From Planctomycetales bacterium (GTDB lineage: Bacteria > 4484-113), in assembly GCA_037441675.1 (NCBI GenBank), contig JBBIRS010000002.1, forward strand, positions 199,249 to 263,248: 64,000 nt of DNA, in the 5' to 3' direction. The stretch's first letter is position 1. Each line of letters opens with the position of its first letter. The position numbers and the translations under genes were made by a program. Of the stretch, positions 61,791 through 64,000 are shown piece by piece. The notes beneath the pieces were generated by a model. The model was not told the origin of the DNA, searched no databases, and was given only the letters and a program-made list of their open reading frames with translations.

Positions 61791-63317
61791 TTAGCTTGTT
61801 TCTTTGAAAAGTCTTTTAGCTCGAATCCACTCTCCTAGAGCCCGCATAAACTTTTCTTTGCAGAGCCAGAGCACAATCACATACAGGGTCATAGCAAGTC
61901 CAATTTTGCCAAAGAGGAAAATTGCCGTTTCCCTCCAGCCATCGGTAAATGACAATGCGAGAACAATTACAACCGAGCCAAACAATGCGACAAAGGTAGA
62001 GTGCCATGGCCAAAGAACTAGAATTTCTCTTCGGGCGTATAATCCGGTAGCCAAGAACCCTAAAAGGTAGGATAGCGTTGTTGAATACGCAGCTCCCATA
62101 GCGCCAAACTTGGGTATGAGATAAAGGTTCAAAGCCACATTAAATATGGATACGATAATCATAAGCATTAACATTAATCTAACTTTTTCCGCTAACTGCA
62201 AGATTCTGTTGAAGTGACAGCTCATTAACCCAAGAAAGAAACCACCAACCGCTACCCACGGGACGTAAATATATCCTTCCTTAAATCGTGCTCCGAGTAG
62301 TAAAGCTGTAAGGCTTCCCGCCTTGATTGAGGCGATGATGACGACGGGCATCACTATCACTATATAGCCTGCAGCAACTAATCTCATAAGGCGAGTTAGC
62401 TCATCAATTCTGCCTCTCTCGTACATTAAGGTCAAATAAGGATAGGCTGGTATCGCTATTATCCCGAAGAAAAGCAGAATAGCGCTTTCCACTAAGTCAT
62501 AAACTGCGCTATATAAACCTAAGGGTTCTGGTCCTACAAAGTAATTAATCATAAATCTATCCGACGCCCGAAGAATGAAGCTAAAGAGAAGAGTCATAGA
62601 GAAAGGAACCCCGTATCGGATTAGTTCACGGACGATATTAGAAGAAACGTAAAATATGCTTAGAGAGCCTTTGCGAATCCAAATTAAAATATCAGCAAAC
62701 CCAATTATTCCGAAGCCTAATATCAAACCTAAGAGCATACCTCCCGCACCCATTCCAAAGAAAATCACTAAGCCTACGCCAAATAATAGGGACAACACAG
62801 GACGAGAGAGAGAGATAAGGCTATACTTTAGAGTACTGAAACTAGCGCGGGCAAGCTCAAGGGCAAGCATTAAGGCTGACTTGGCAACGAGTAGTAATCC
62901 GCCGAGAAAGAATAGATAAACTTTTTCGGGGCTAACGAATTTAGAAAAAAAGATTAGTAGGATTGACCAGACTAGAAATACAAAAAACGTCCATATTGCA
63001 AAAGAAAAAATTAGCGATGATAAGAATTGCCTCCGTTTAATCTCATCGCTGGAATACCTCTGGAAGTATCTAAAGCCGGAAGTCCAAGTCCAAGCAATAA
63101 GGCTATCCATAGTTAAGGTAGATGTGGCAACCACTAAAGCGTAATTCCCGTACTCATAGGGATACACTAGGCGAGTGTAAACTGCAGTACTGAAGAACCC
63201 CAAAAATGCTGGGACAATGCGCGCAAGCAGGTATATTAAAGCATCAGCAATAAAGTCTCTTTTCGCGCTTGTAAAATCAGTCTTCTCAATTAGGGTATCC
63301 ACAGTGGGCAAACTCAC
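61791..63317 (-). CDS. Polysaccharide flippase (Wzx/MOP family)
   Basis: YTRL.P.EYG.Y, SDRFMI..F.G....GLYS and LN..LIP.FG.MGAA.ST motifs; about 14 TM helices. Confidence 0.9.
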   Translation of the reverse strand: MSLPTVDTLIEKTDFTSAKRDFIADALIYLLARIVPAFLGFFSTAVYTRLVYPYEYGNYALVVATSTLTMDSLIAWTWTSGFRYFQRYSSDEIKRRQFLSSLIFSFAIWTFFVFLVWSILLIFFSKFVSPEKVYLFFLGGLLLVAKSALMLALELARASFSTLKYSLISLSRPVLSLLFGVGLVIFFGMGAGGMLLGLILGFGIIGFADILIWIRKGSLSIFYVSSNIVRELIRYGVPFSMTLLFSFILRASDRFMINYFVGPEPLGLYSAVYDLVESAILLFFGIIAIPAYPYLTLMYERGRIDELTRLMRLVAAGYIVIVMPVVIIASIKAGSLTALLLGARFKEGYIYVPWVAVGGFFLGLMSCHFNRILQLAEKVRLMLMLMIIVSIFNVALNLYLIPKFGAMGAAYSTTLSYLLGFLATGLYARREILVLWPWHSTFVALFGSVVIVLALSFTDGWRETAIFLFGKIGLAMTLYVIVLWLCKEKFMRALGEWIRAKRLFKETS

Positions 63318-63611
63318 AAATCAATTTGATATATTGACGAACCATAGAAGGGTATCCTAGGGCTTGAAATGTGAACACTTCTTGCAAAATTGAGTGTCAT
63401 TTCACCATAAGCTAGATAACTCTGCATCTTTTTGAACTCCTATTTATTAAACGCTATACTCTATGGAGTATAAAACTTGTAACGATGCAATTTTACAACT
63501 ACTAAGATTACCAATAAATGGAAACTAAAATTCTTAAATGCCTATCAGAAATGTAAAAACTAGCAAGGTGGCGGGGAACTCTTCGGAAACGATAAGAAAT
63601 GAGAAGGAGAC

Positions 63612-63684
63612 TTGCGGGGGAGGGATTCGAACCCTCGACCTCCAGGTTATGAGCCTGACGAGCTACCAGCCGCTCCACCCCGCG
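63612..63684 (-). tRNA. Initiator tRNA-Met (CAT)
   Basis: CGCGGGGTGGAGCGGCTGGTAGCTCGTCAGGCTCATAACCTGGAGGTCGAGGGTTCGAATCCCTCCCCCGCAA; C1:A72 mismatch and A11-U24 initiator determinants; CCA not encoded. Confidence 0.95.
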
Positions 63685-64000
63685 TTAATAAGTATACAGT
63701 TGGTTATCTAACAAGTCAAGACATAATGTTTACCTTGAACAACAATTTCAAAAGGTGTAGTAATTCGGCAGTTCTTATTTTATGTTGGATATAAATCTGT
63801 TAAATAGCTAAACAAAATTTTTAGCCCTTCAAACCGAGAGCGAATGGACAGAGTATTTCAACTTTCACTAATCTAGGGCTTGAAAAGCCATAAGCTCTAA
63901 AACGAAAGTCATAGTCCGACAATCTACCTACTAGCTCATAGCCATTCTTTATGTACCTAAACCCAAAAGGACCTCTACCTTCATTAATAGCGATAATCAT

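Noticed and set aside
1..64000. CRISPR array, prophage, IS or reverse-transcriptase elements
   Set aside because: No regularly spaced direct repeats and no cas, integrase, transposase, RT or phage structural ORFs were recognised.
1..64000. Taxonomic assignment and GC-based island calls
   Set aside because: No rRNA or ribosomal marker genes are present. Local GC differences are visible by eye but I cannot quantify them reliably.

Overview
64 kb of chromosome from a probably uncultured, diderm, anaerobically respiring bacterium (porin, Tat-exported Mo-enzyme, c-type cytochromes, secretin N0-like protein). No rRNA, CRISPR array, transposase, integrase or phage genes were seen. Core genes are intact (pdxT, nadE, folK, uvrC, ugd, rfbD, tatA, M16 peptidase, tRNA-Thr(CGT), initiator tRNA-Met). 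About 13 accessory genes are broken by nonsense codons, frameshifts or deletions, including a whole MMPL/LolA-like/beta-barrel export operon. Most interesting candidates: (1) five large lipoproteins with a Cys-Gly-Gly N-terminus, two sharing an unnamed module with paired dockerin-like Ca-binding loops and one a subtilisin lacking its whole catalytic triad, together suggesting a modular surface scaffold; (2) a Ttr/Arr-related molybdoenzyme operon with no membrane anchor but an outer-membrane porin, 10 kb from a TsdA-like diheme cytochrome; (3) a ~277-nt structured leader between a near-consensus sigma70 promoter and a KamA-family gene; (4) a P-loop kinase-dCMP deaminase fusion; (5) dispersed REP-like palindromes of two families. 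All protein calls come from motif recognition by eye; no database searches were run.
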